From: Octopus bimaculoides | Taxonomy: Eukaryota | Direction of reading: 5' to 3' | NCBI RefSeq assembly: GCF_001194135.2 | Contig: NC_068985.1 | Location: forward strand, 54,631,627-54,695,626 | Length of the DNA stretch: 64,000 nt | Shown: piece by piece, positions 52,305 through 64,000 of the stretch | Layout of the letters: each line of letters starts with the position of its first letter | How positions within the stretch are numbered: the stretch's first letter is position 1 | Position numbers and translations under genes: made by a program | Notes under the pieces: model-generated | Seen by the model: only the letters and a program-made list of their open reading frames with translations | The model's database searches: none | What the model was told of the DNA's origin: nothing

Positions 52305-52973
52305 AACAAAAATGGTATCAGAGGGGCAATGTATACCCTGCATGCAGATAAATTTTTTTGCAAATTATAGTGTGGCTTACAATTTGTTGCTTACCCATGC
52401 TTTTTAATTGAACTGAATTTTTTTTTTTTAAATATCACCATAATAGGTATTTATACTCTGATGAAATTAACAAATCAACTTGTAAATAAATGAAACCTTT
52501 CAATCCACCACTGTACACACATACACACAGAGCTGCATATCTATGTGTGTTTATGAATGTATGTATGTACTCGCGTGTCTATGAGCATAGGTACACCATG
52601 ATCTATGCATACAGATGAGGGTCGATTCATATGAAATAGTTAAAGAAAATATTGTAGATAATTTGAGAAGTATTTCACCAATATAGGTATTTACTCAGGT
52701 GAAATTAAGAAATCAACTTGTAAATAAACAAAATCCTCAAATCCATCACTGTATACATACATGCATGCATGCACACATATCTATGTGTGTATCTATGTAT
52801 GTTTGAAGATAATCAAACCAAATTTTCATCATTTCGAGCCACTCACCCAATGAGTATGTCTGCCAAATTTGGTGAAAATCCATTCAGCTGTTTCCAGTAA
52901 TTTTGCAAGCACACAAACAGACAAAAATGAGTGATTACAATACCCTGCTTTTGTCTACGTGTGCATGGAAATT
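52305..52973 (+). mobile_element. HINE-like (Helentron-associated) non-autonomous element with internal ~240-bp duplication
   Basis: Starts aacaaaa, ataccctgc at 52333-52341 and 52940-52948, (caga)-like tract before a degenerate 3' stem-loop; internal repeat ~52430-52550 vs ~52670-52790. Confidence 0.5.
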
Positions 52974-53929
52974 ATTTTTCAAAACAAAATTTTGAAATTT
53001 TCTTTCAAAATTGCACCTCAAAGGGGCAAACAGAAAAAAGATCAAACCAATCCACTCTATGTATTCTGGTGGTCTTTAATAAATGATATAGAACACATAA
53101 AAACATCCAGTCCACATTATGAAGTGGTTGGCATTTGGAAGAGCATTCAGCTGTAAAAACCATGCCAAAACAGACAGTAGCCTGGGGTAGTCTTCTACCT
53201 AGCCGGCTCCTGTCAAACCATCCAACCCATGCCAGCATGGAAGGCAAACATTAAACTATAATGAACACTTGAATTTATAAACAGACTAACAAACTCATGA
53301 GTGATATGATGTACATCCTGCTGATTATAATAATAATAATTTTGAATTGAGGCACAAGGCCAGCAATTTTTGAGGGAAAAGTCACTCAGTTAAATCAATT
53401 TCATTGCTTCATGGGTCCCTATTTTATCAATTCTGAGGGGATGAAAGATAAATTTGATCTCAGCAGGATTTGAACTCAGAACATAAAAAGCTGAAACAAA
53501 TACCACACAGCATTTTGTCTAATGCTCTAGTGATTCTAGCCAATCCACAACCCTTGAGGAAGATGATGATTTCTTAAATAGCCAGAGAGCCAGAACTTGG
53601 GAGAGAGGTTTAGTGGCTTTTATTAATCCTAATACTTGACCTGTACTTTATTTTATCAACCCATGTAAGACAAAAGGTAAAGTGGACCATGACATGATTA
53701 GATGCAGAATGTAGAGCTGGAACAAATACCCCAAAGCATTCACCCCACCTCCTCCAAAAAACCCTAACAGTTTTTGCCAATCAGTACAGTTAGATTAACT
53801 GATAGACAACATAACAGTTAATAACAGCTAATAAACAGGCAATGTAAGAGCAAGATGGGGCCCTCCAACCCACCTCGGAATGTAGTAACTCAGTATAAGA
53901 ACTAATTCAAACTGTGATGACCTGTCCAA

Positions 53930-54056
53930 TCCGACAGTTTTATCACCATTCCAACTTAGTATAACAGCCTTATCACCATTTCAATTAGTATGACAGTCCT
54001 ATCACCATTTCAAGTTATGACAGTCCTATCACCATTTCAAGTTATGACAGTCCTAC
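53930..54056. repeat. ~26-bp minisatellite, about 4.5 copies
   Basis: Unit tgacagtcctatcaccatttcaagtta. Confidence 0.8.
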
Positions 54057-54824
54057 CATTATTTTGTTTCTCATTATACCAACAAAGAAAGTAAATATAA
54101 AAAAGTGATGAAATGAGAGTTCTACTGTCATATTGCCAAAGATTACATCTTTAAACATGCTTGTATCAGGTTTCTTGTCATGAAGACTGTAACACTTGTT
54201 CATTCTGTGCATTTTTTTAAATAATTTTTTGGCTATGTACCAAAACCCCTTTCATAGCATGCTATTAGGTAAGAAGCTATGATGATAGTATTGTGGCCAT
54301 AATACAGAGAGAGATACATAATTGTTGACCACAAGAGGACTCATTCTCAGCTGTCATAGCAATGTTAACCAAGATGACACAATAGTTTATTTTGAAATTG
54401 GCTCTAGCCAATGAGTCTCTACAAATGTCCAAACTCAATTGCTTGTAGCTACACCATTTTTCTAAGTTGTTAAATGTATGTAGGGATCAAATGCTGAGCT
54501 GGCAAGAGGTGTAGCTGTTTAATGTAAGGGAGAATCCAGCCTTTACCAACCATGTTTTGTTATATACAAAGATTTGAAGAAGCTCTGATTAAATTATTGT
54601 ATTGAAGAGCAGCAGATGTATTGGTACAGCCTTCTCCCATGAGTAATACTGAGCCATACACAAACAAAATATAGCATCAGCATTTTCGCATCCGATTATT
54701 TTTAAGTAGGCAATATTCTATGGCCAGATGCCCTTTCTGTTGCTAACCTTTCCAATTTCAGATAGAGTATTTTTACTCAACTGGTTTTTACACATTATCA
54801 AGCTAGAAGACTATCTAATCTCTA

Positions 54825-54870
<46 letters not shown>

Positions 54871-55820
54871 TAATGAATGACAAATGAACAAGAGTTATGT
54901 AACCACTCAGTTTACAGCTGATTTTGCAACATCTTATAGCCCCAGAACCATTTATTAATTGATATTATGGTCTACTCTAAAGCACATAAGTATACTTAAG
55001 TCTAAAGGCTAGTTATTGCCTAAGCAAAATCATAATATACACATGCACACACACACACACCCTATTATCTTTGACCTATTAACTGCAACTATGCTGGGGC
55101 ATCATCTTGAGTTTAGTCTAACAAATCAATCCCAGTACTTAATGTGTACAAGGCTATTAATTAGATAATAATTACATACTTTACTACTGTATTATTATAA
55201 CTAGTTAATTAGTAAAATCATTTATATATTAAAATATCAGCTCAAAACTTGCAATCAAAGTCAAACAATGAAGCAATAATTAACTAATAATTACTTTAAA
55301 AAATGTAATTACTAGTTAAAAATTAGTTTTAAAAAATCATTGTTGTGTCAGACAAAATGTTTAGCAGCATTTCTTGCAATATTGCATTCTGAGTACAAAT
55401 GCTGCCAGGCTCGACTTTGCATTTCATCCTTTTGGGATCAATAAAATAAGTACCAGTTGAGCATTGGGGGTGGGGTGGGGGTCGATGAAATCGACTTAAC
55501 CCCTCTCCAGAAATTGCTGGTCTTATGCCAAAATTTCAAATAAATTATCAATACTTTAAAAAATAACTTCATTGAAATAGCAAGATGTGAGTGAATAATA
55601 ACAAGCAATGTCAGAACAATTGGTAAGATGAAAACTTAACATCTCCATAGTTGATAGGACAACAGCATCAACAGAGTATTGGACAAAAGAAATGTAAACA
55701 TTTAGTCATGCTTTGAGCTCAAATCCTGCACAAGTCAACTTTCTAAGATTAATAAGATAAGGTTTGATATAATTGACTACCCTAGTAATGGCCACAGTTC
55801 CAATCATTGAAACCAATATT

Positions 55821-55975
55821 GTGTGGTAAGTAGCTTGCTTACCAACACATGGTCCTGGGTTCGGTCCCACTGTGTGGCACCTTGGGAAAGTGTCTTCTAC
55901 TATAGCCTCGGGCCAACCAAAGCCTTGTGAGTGGATTTGGTAGACGGAAACTGAAAGAAGCCCGTCGTATATATG

Positions 55976-56024
<49 letters not shown>

Positions 56025-56240
56025 TTGTGTCTGTGTTTGTCTCTCAGCATCGCTTGACAACCGATGCTGATGTGTTTACATCCCCGTAACTTAGCGGTTC
56101 GGCAAAAGAGATCGATAGAATAAGTACTAGGCTTCCAAAGAATAAGTCCTGGGGTCGATTTGCTTGACTAAAAGGCGGTGCTCCAACATGGCCGCAGTCA
56201 AATGACTGAAACAAGTAAAAGAGTAAAGAGTAAAAGAGTA
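55821..56240 (+). mobile_element. Well-preserved family B SINE
   Basis: Intact head, (TG)n linker and (gagtaaa)n tail. Confidence 0.85.
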
Positions 56241-57290
56241 TATCCAGACATGTTGATAAAATATGTGCAAAGACTCCAGATTCTGAAAAGTAAACCCTCT
56301 TCGTACCAGTCTGTTCAAAGACGACCCTTGGGTCTATGATACAAACTTCTTGTTTTAAAGTGATCTAAATTAAAACCTATCAAAACACCATGTTAATCTA
56401 TGTTCCAAAATCTAGCTTAAAAATTACAGAGATATTTTACACTTTTCAAAATTAATTGAAACAAAGCCAGTATATTTCAACAGTAGTACAGCAACAAAGG
56501 GGTTAATAATAACAAAGTTATTTTATTAAATTCTTCACTTTTTAAAAATTGAATGAAAGGCAGCGTATTCCAACAGAAATATGGTTACAAAAGGTTTAAC
56601 GTGATTTAAGTTCAAACCTTCCATCAAAATTTCATAATTTATGTTCCAAACACCAGCTAAATAATGACAAAGTTATTTTACTTAATTCTTTATTATTTTC
56701 AAATTAATTCAAACAAAACATATTTTAACAGAAATACAGGAACAAAAGGGTTGATAATGACAAAGTTATTTTACTAGATTCTTTATTATTTTCAAAAGTA
56801 ACTGAAACAAAAGCAGTGTATTCTAAAAGAAATATGGTAATACAGTGCCAAGTTAAGTACATGAGAAAATCATCATCTCTAGGATAGGATGTCAGTACTC
56901 TAGATTACATTCTCAGAAAGCTGATTCCTACTAGTAACAGCTAAGTAAACATAAAACCTACCCAGTGACAATAAAAAAACAAACAAACAAAAAACAATAG
57001 ATTATCAAAAGAGTGATGAGCTGGTAATATACCATGATATATATATCCAACCAGGTCACTTATATGACATTAAGTAAAATCCAGGCTAATGTTTAATACC
57101 AACCATTTATTGCCGATTTCAAAGCATGTTTTGATTATCAGTTAAGTAATCTGAGCTAAGTAATGCATGTATTAATTACATAACATGAGATTGGTGTTTA
57201 CAAAATGTTTAAAACTTGTATGAAAAAACATCCCACTAACTTGCTTATATAAGATCTTTTATAATGAGGTTTCTAAAACAGAGACATATT

Positions 57291-58020
57291 GTATGAGGCA
57301 GTATTCACTGTTGTGTAGATAATACAGTTATATTAATACAATGGTTTCAAATAAAAATGAAGACAAGGTTTTTGGAGTAAGTTCTTTGAGAACTTATAAC
57401 AGTATTGCAACACTGGAAGGTCTTATAATAAAGTCAATTAACTGGGGCTAAACTAAAACTAGTCTTAAAGTTGGAAATGTGATCATCTGAGATTCTGTTA
57501 ACTTTTTGATACCAGCTCACCTGAGAGTGCCCTAGGTTCTATGACACCAATCCCTGCTTTAAACTGATCTAAATTGAAACCTTCCAACAAAATTCCATGC
57601 TAATTTATGTTTCAAATACCAACTAGCAAATGACATAGTTGTTTTACAAAACTCTTCATTATTTTCAAAATTTATCAAAATAAAAGTAGTTCATTTCAGT
57701 AGAAATATGGTAACAAAAGGGTCAACTTTTTTAACCCCTGAATACATTTTAAAGGGTACAATTTGATTTGACTATATCCCTGTAAAACGCACTGCTCTTA
57801 AAGATACTTCCACTACTCTTAAGGGGGTGATCTGTTGATTTTTTTTTTTTTTATATGGCGTAACCCCAGATTTGTTTCATGACTTCCATGACTGGCAGTG
57901 TTGCAATATTGTTATGAGTTCTCAAAGAACTTACTCCAAAAACCTTGTCTTCATTTTTATTTGAAACCATTGTATTAATATAACTGTATTATCTACACAA
58001 CAGTCAATACTGCCTCATAC
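57291..58020. repeat. 125-bp inverted repeat pair with 480-bp spacer
   Basis: 57291-57415 vs reverse complement of 57896-58020: 3 mismatches by manual comparison. Confidence 0.9.
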
Positions 58021-59559
58021 ATGAAGTGACATGAAGTTATTTTCTGAGTAGAGATGTGGCCTTTATGCTTGAACCACAGTAAATCCTGCTAAAAGGTATA
58101 CAAGAATCAGGCCATGGTGTTAAATGGTCAACCATTCAAGGGATTAAGGGTCTATCACCAAAGTTGTTACATTAAAACAATGGCACACCTTCATGGTGAT
58201 GCTGGTAGCGGTAGGGGTTGTGAGGAATGAAAAGAAAATGGGGCAAAGAAATTGCAATGTTTAAAATAAAATTAACATTTTCAATCCATGAGCTCACTTT
58301 AGGGAGCATGATTTTGTCTGACCATACCCCTAGAAGATGCAAAAACAGGTGAACACATAGCTTTGTGCTTCCAGCTTGCTAATTATCCGAAACATCATTA
58401 TTTTCACCTGTAAACAAAAAGCCAGGTAGCCCCCCACCCCACTTTTGTGTCTTTTGGGTTTATAGCCAAATGCAACTGCACCCTCTGAAGCATACTCATA
58501 GGTACAAAGGGTTAAACCTAAAGAATAATAAGTACAGATTCATGTACCACTAAAAGACTAAATTCGGTAGCTGCATTGAATTAAAAAGACTGGCAGATAG
58601 CATGATGAACTACATGTCATTGGTGACAGGAGAGACAGTTATCTGTAAAACCATACCAAACTCAGGACACATAACAAACAATTGCTTTCTTTGTTGTTGT
58701 ATATCAAATGACGACAGTGCATGTAAGAAACTGTATTGAAACAGACCTGTCAAACCCTTCACCAGCATGGAAAAAATACAAATACATAAAGTGGCGATAA
58801 GGGTAACACAAAGACAATATCCTCAACCACTTTAAAGATTATATACTAGGAAAGGCAGTAAAGTTATGTAGCAACAGGTGCAGGTGTGGCCGTGTGATAA
58901 GAAGCTTGCTTCCCAACCACATGGGTTTGAGTTCAGTCCTACTGCATGGCCCCTTAGGCAAGTGTCTTCTACTAAAACCCTGGGTTCACTAAAGCCCTAT
59001 GCATGGATTTGTTAGACAGAAACATTGTAGAGGCCCATGGTGTATGTGTGTGCATATATGTCTGTGTACATGTGTGTATGTGTGTGTTATTGCCTCCATG
59101 CCTTCATATTGCATGATAGTTATAAGCAAGTGTGACCTTAATGCATGCGGTGTTCTTTGTTTCTTATCTTCTGTTTCTGGTCATGGGGAAATGTTGCCTT
59201 GCCTGGAAACAGGTGATGGCTGGCAACAGGAAGAGCATCCACCTGTAGAAAACCCACTACAACAAAAATTCTGTCCAACCCATGTGAGCATGGAAAAGTG
59301 AATATTATGATGATGATGATATCACTATAGACAAATATAAAGTCACTTTATGTTGATGCAATGCTCATGAACTTTTGCAGAATCTTTAAGACTGGTGAAA
59401 AGGAAGAGGGGGCTAGGGATACTATACTCAAATAAAGACCCAACCAAAATACTTGCAACAAAGTGGACTCAGCTGAAGGTACTCAAGGTGTTAGGTAGTT
59501 AAAGCAGGTAATAGATTATACTATTGAGAAATATCATTAAAACTATATCAACAACAGTT

Positions 59560-59900
59560 TTCCCATGTACCATCTCAACATGATCGTATGGTCTCTATAC
59601 AAGTATCATCTTCACATGAAGCTATGGTTTCTCTACATGTATTATTTTCTGCATGAAGGTACGGTCTCTATAATTATCACCATGTATCATTTCCACAAGA
59701 TGGTATCGTCTTCAGACAGGCATCATCTCTACACGAAGCTATAGTTTCTATACATGTATCATCCCGATATGATGGTATGGTTTCCATACAGGCAACATCT
59801 CCACATGAAGCTATGGTTATTATTTTCTACAAGGTCAACTCAGTATACATTTATCATTTCCACATGAAGGTATCATCTCTATACATTATCTCCAATTATC
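59560..59900. repeat. Degenerate ~44-bp (2x22) minisatellite
   Basis: Recurrent catctccacatgaagctatggtttctctacatgtat. Confidence 0.65.
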
Positions 59901-61421
59901 ATCTTCACAAACCTGTCAAGTCTGCTCTATTACTTCCCAAATATTTCCACCATTAACTCACAGCACTTTTTCTTTCATCTAACACTACCCAGTCCATAGT
60001 CATCTCCATGCACCATACCATCAAAACTATTAATCCTGAACAATAACATACTTTTCCATCCACTTCTAAACTTGCTCTATAATTTAACAAATTGCATCCA
60101 ACTAGATTTTGGTAAATGGGGAACCAAAAAGAAACCTCTCAAATACCATCATCACCATTTAACATCTGCTTTCCATATTGACATGGTTGGATGGTTTGAC
60201 AGGAGCTGGCAAACCAGTGAACTGTGCCAAGCTCTACTGTCTGCTTTGGCATGGCTTCTACAGCTGTGTGCCCATCCTAATGCCAACCACTTTACATAAT
60301 GTATTGGGCACTTTTTACATGGCACCAGCAAGGTTATCAAATAATTTGCAAGACAAAGACTACTCAACTGAGAGGAGAAGTAGCACTGAAGGAAGTGGCT
60401 TTGTATCAATTGAAGTGAGATTAAAGTATAATACAGAGATAGAAACGGGTGCTTTGTTGCAGAGGTGACACATGGCTACCCCAGTTAAGAGAGAGAGAGG
60501 ATGGCGGTGATGTATAGAGATATACCATCAAGGTACAGGGGTGTGAATATAAGTAGTACAGAAAATTGGACAGGGTAAGTGGACAGGAAATTGTTGGTAG
60601 GGGTCAACAAAAAAAATCTATCCAGCAAGAGTTAAGTATTGTTTAAAAAAAACAGGACTTACATGTAAGCTACAATAAGTTTCACACTCAGATAGTACAG
60701 TAACTGCTTGTACAGTGTACTGTATACTATCCTGAAATTGTTCAGGCTCAGAATAAACATTATTTATTAAATGATGTGTGTGTTCTTGTCTTAGTATTAC
60801 ATGATAATTAGAAGTGATTGTCACCATTATGTAAGCAGTGTCCTTTGTTACCAATCTCCAGAGTACACGTGTCCAGTCGTGAAGAAATATTACCTTGCTT
60901 GGAAAGTGGTGAGGCTTGGAAACAGGAAGGACATTCAGCCATTGAAAATCTGACTCAATAAATTCCATCTGACTCATGCAAGCATGGAAAAGTAAACGTA
61001 ATGATGACGATGACAACAATGATGATACACTTTGTTTTGAATGACAGTACATACAGTGAATGTGTCACTACAAGATAATGTTAAAACCCTGTTAAACAAA
61101 TTTGACTCAATTATTTCCCTACTCATTCCACCTGCCAAACGTGGATGGCCTCTAAAGTTTAATTACCCAACATACCAACAGCTAAATCTCTCTCAAATCA
61201 CACCCTACGTTAAAAAAAAAAAAAAAAAAAACAGCAAAAGAATAATGTAATTGGATAATGTAATCTTAAACTATGCCATAAAAAAAAGAGAACTACAGCT
61301 CCAATGCTATTGGTCACAGTATTGCTTAATCAGGAATGACCTTGAGCTATTACAACAAAATTTCATTGAAGATAAAACCTTCGATGATGACCCAGATTTA
61401 TAAAAGATTTTGATAGTTCAT

Positions 61422-62172
61422 CTTTTTCTTTTTACTTGTTTCAGTCATTAGACTGCAGCCATGATGGGGCATCACCTTGAAGAATTTTTAGTCAAATGAT
61501 TTGACTCCAGTATTTTTCTTTAAAGCCTGGTATTTATTCTATTGATTTCTTTTGTTGAACCACCAAGTTACAGGGATGTAAACACACCAACACCAGTTGT
61601 CAAGGTACAAACACACACACACACAAACAGATTCCTTCAGTTTCCATCTACCAAATCTACTCACAAGGTTTTGGTCAGCCAGAGACTATAGTAGAAGACA
61701 CTTGCCCAGGGTGCCATGCAGTGGGACTGAATCTGGAACCATGTGGTTGGGAAGCAAGCTTCTTACCAAGCAGCCACGCCTGTGCCTATGTTTTATAAAT
61801 ACTAGAGATGGCTGCGTGGTAAGAAGCTTGTTTCCCAAACATATGGTTCCGAGGTCAGTCCCACTCGATGGTACCTTGGGCAAGCATCTTCTACTATAGC
61901 CTCGAGTTGACCAAAGCTTTGTGAGTAGATTTGGTGGATCGAAACTGAAAGAAGCCCGTTGTGTGTATCTGTCTTTCTGTGTGTTCCCCCATCATCGCTT
62001 GACAACCAGTGTTGGTGTATTTGCATCCCTGTAACTTAGTAGTTCAGCAAAAAAAGCTGACAGAATAAGTGCCAGGCTTAAAAAAACATAAGTCCTGGGG
62101 TTGATTCATTTGACTAAAAATTCAAGGCATGGGCACAGTCTAATGACTGAAACAAGTAAAAGATAAAAGATG
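61422..62172. mobile_element. Head-to-head pair of family B SINEs
   Basis: Minus copy 61422-61786 and plus copy 61809-62172 separated by ~22 nt. Confidence 0.85.
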
Positions 62173-62464
62173 AACTATTAATATGTACAATTAACTACAT
62201 GTGAAAGTGAACTACATTATACTCATAATGGTTGAAGTAAGTAAACAAAGTATAAGGTCATTTGCATTCTAATTAACATAACATGTAAGCACATAGGCCA
62301 AACGGTTAACAAGTTCATCTCACAATCAAGAGACTAATTTCAATAGTAGTGTATAAACAGCAACTATGTACATTTTGTCATTTCCTGTTTTAGTCTTATA
62401 TTTTATTTCTAAATCACTTCAATGTGTTAGTCAAATGGTAAGCAACCTTGAATGTTTCAATCTT

Positions 62465-62690
62465 ATAGGCACACATGTACTATATGAACTAACAGGGTAC
62501 ATTTATAGGGCACACGTAATATGAATTTATGGGATACACTTATATGATAAAAATTTATGGGGCTCACTTATGTAATATGAATTTATGGGGCCAACCTGTA
62601 GCATATGAGCTTATGAGGCACATACACAATATGAACTTGTGGGGCAGACTTACGCAATTTAATCTTGTGGGGCATACTTACATAATACAA
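62465..62690. repeat. Degenerate ~25-bp minisatellite
   Basis: Recurrent atatgaatttatggggcacactta. Confidence 0.7.
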
Positions 62691-64000
62691 TCTAATGTGC
62701 ACACACATATATATATGACCTTCTGGAGCAAAGTTTATCTTGACAAGATTTGAATTCAGAATGAAATGTGGGATAAAATACCACAAAACATTTTTCTGAT
62801 ACTCTAACATTTATGCCAGCTTCACACTTTGTTCCACCACTTGGGCAATGGATGAAGGCAGCAATACAAAGACATGCATACAGTGTGGGGGTATATACCC
62901 AATCAAACGTGTAAAAAAACATCATGATGATGATGGTGATACACAATTTTGATATAGGAAGACTGCTATTTAGGGACCAATAAATCCTGAATGCCAAGGG
63001 CCACAAATATTGAAAATGAAATAGCATTGATTAAATCAACTCCAATAACTGACTGGTAGTTTTGTTTTTTTATTAATCTCAGGAAGATGAAAGGAAAAGT
63101 TAACTTCAGTAGGATTTGAACATAGAACAAAGAAATAATACTAATATTATAGGTCATTTGGTGCTCCATCCTCTGCTTTAATAATAATAATCTATAGTAT
63201 AATAAAGAAATGCTTATTAATTAGTTTGATTTATGTAACTTTTACTCAAAGAATGAAATTATTAAAGTCTACAAAGTCCAGAAAATTCTTACAAATTCCA
63301 ATTTTAGTTTAGTTTTTAATCAAAAAAAGATTTGAAATTTTTCTTTTATTGTAAGATTGAATCATAAATCTAAAATTTCTTCACTGCAGCATGCATCCAT
63401 CTGTCCATCTGCCTCTCTCTATAGCTCTATTTAGTCATTTCTATAAAATTTTTATTCACTGAAACATGTATCTCTCTCCTCCTCCCCTGCTCTATTGAAG
63501 TGGTTTCATTGAAAATAAGTGATTACATATAATTTTTTTTTTTTTGAGATATTTTGAGAATGTTTATGAAAATTTTAACAGTATATCTATCATATCAAAC
63601 TTAGAGGTTATATTTTGTTATAGACAAATGTGTTAACCATAATTCTTTGAATAATGAAAGTCTAGGGTTGTTGTCTGAGCCAAGATCAACTTTGTATTTA
63701 GTTAGGTAATATATATATATGTTCACTTCTTTTTTCAACCTTTTCCTCCCTTCAGTCTGTTTCTTCTCTCTCCTTCACAAACTTCATTCATAACCCTTAC
63801 CTTGTAATTCCTTTTAACCTTTTAGCATTCAGATTATCCTGTTAATGCAATGCTTATTCATTCACACAAAACTAGTATAACTCAATAATCTAAAAAACTA
63901 TATATTTAAATATTATATATATCTTTTAAAAACACCAAAACAATAAATTTAACCACTATTAATTACATCATAAAATTTAATAAATTTATTTTATAATCAA

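Noticed and set aside
60618-61052. 144-aa minus-strand ORF with a gtaagt near 60657
   Set aside because: Mostly the antisense reading of an RTE-tail SINE; no DCAF8 similarity
51851-64000. Searched for the upstream DCAF8 exon encoding HxGCVNxLHFN
   Set aside because: No match found by eye (HEGVPLF* near 58180 does not fit); probably outside the window

Overview
Eukaryotic, AT-rich, repeat-dense draft-assembly window with 8 N-gaps. The SINE families and (TA)n/(CA)n density suggest an octopus genome; this is recognition from memory, not a database search. One protein-coding gene is well supported: DCAF8 (WDR42A, a DDB1-CUL4-associated WD40 protein) on the minus strand. I reconstructed 11 coding exons from 51660 down to the stop at 21411, all with GT-AG boundaries and consistent phases (1040 nt, about 345 codons). 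The 5' exons are not found and probably lie beyond 64000. An expected C-terminal exon appears to be missing, possibly in the gap at 22240-22542. The rest is mostly transposon-derived: several tRNA-headed SINE families, RTE LINE fragments, HERO-like RLE retrotransposon ends, Penelope-like remnants, a DD41D Tc1/mariner element, pogo/Tigger and piggyBac-like MITEs, a HINE-like element and minisatellites. The most unusual structure is a spacer-less ~470-bp palindrome (12620-13089). It consists of two head-to-head tRNA-derived SINE units, each ending in a minimal hammerhead-ribozyme core, with a single 10-bp direct repeat on each side. Almost all ORFs in the supplied track are spurious or repeat-derived.
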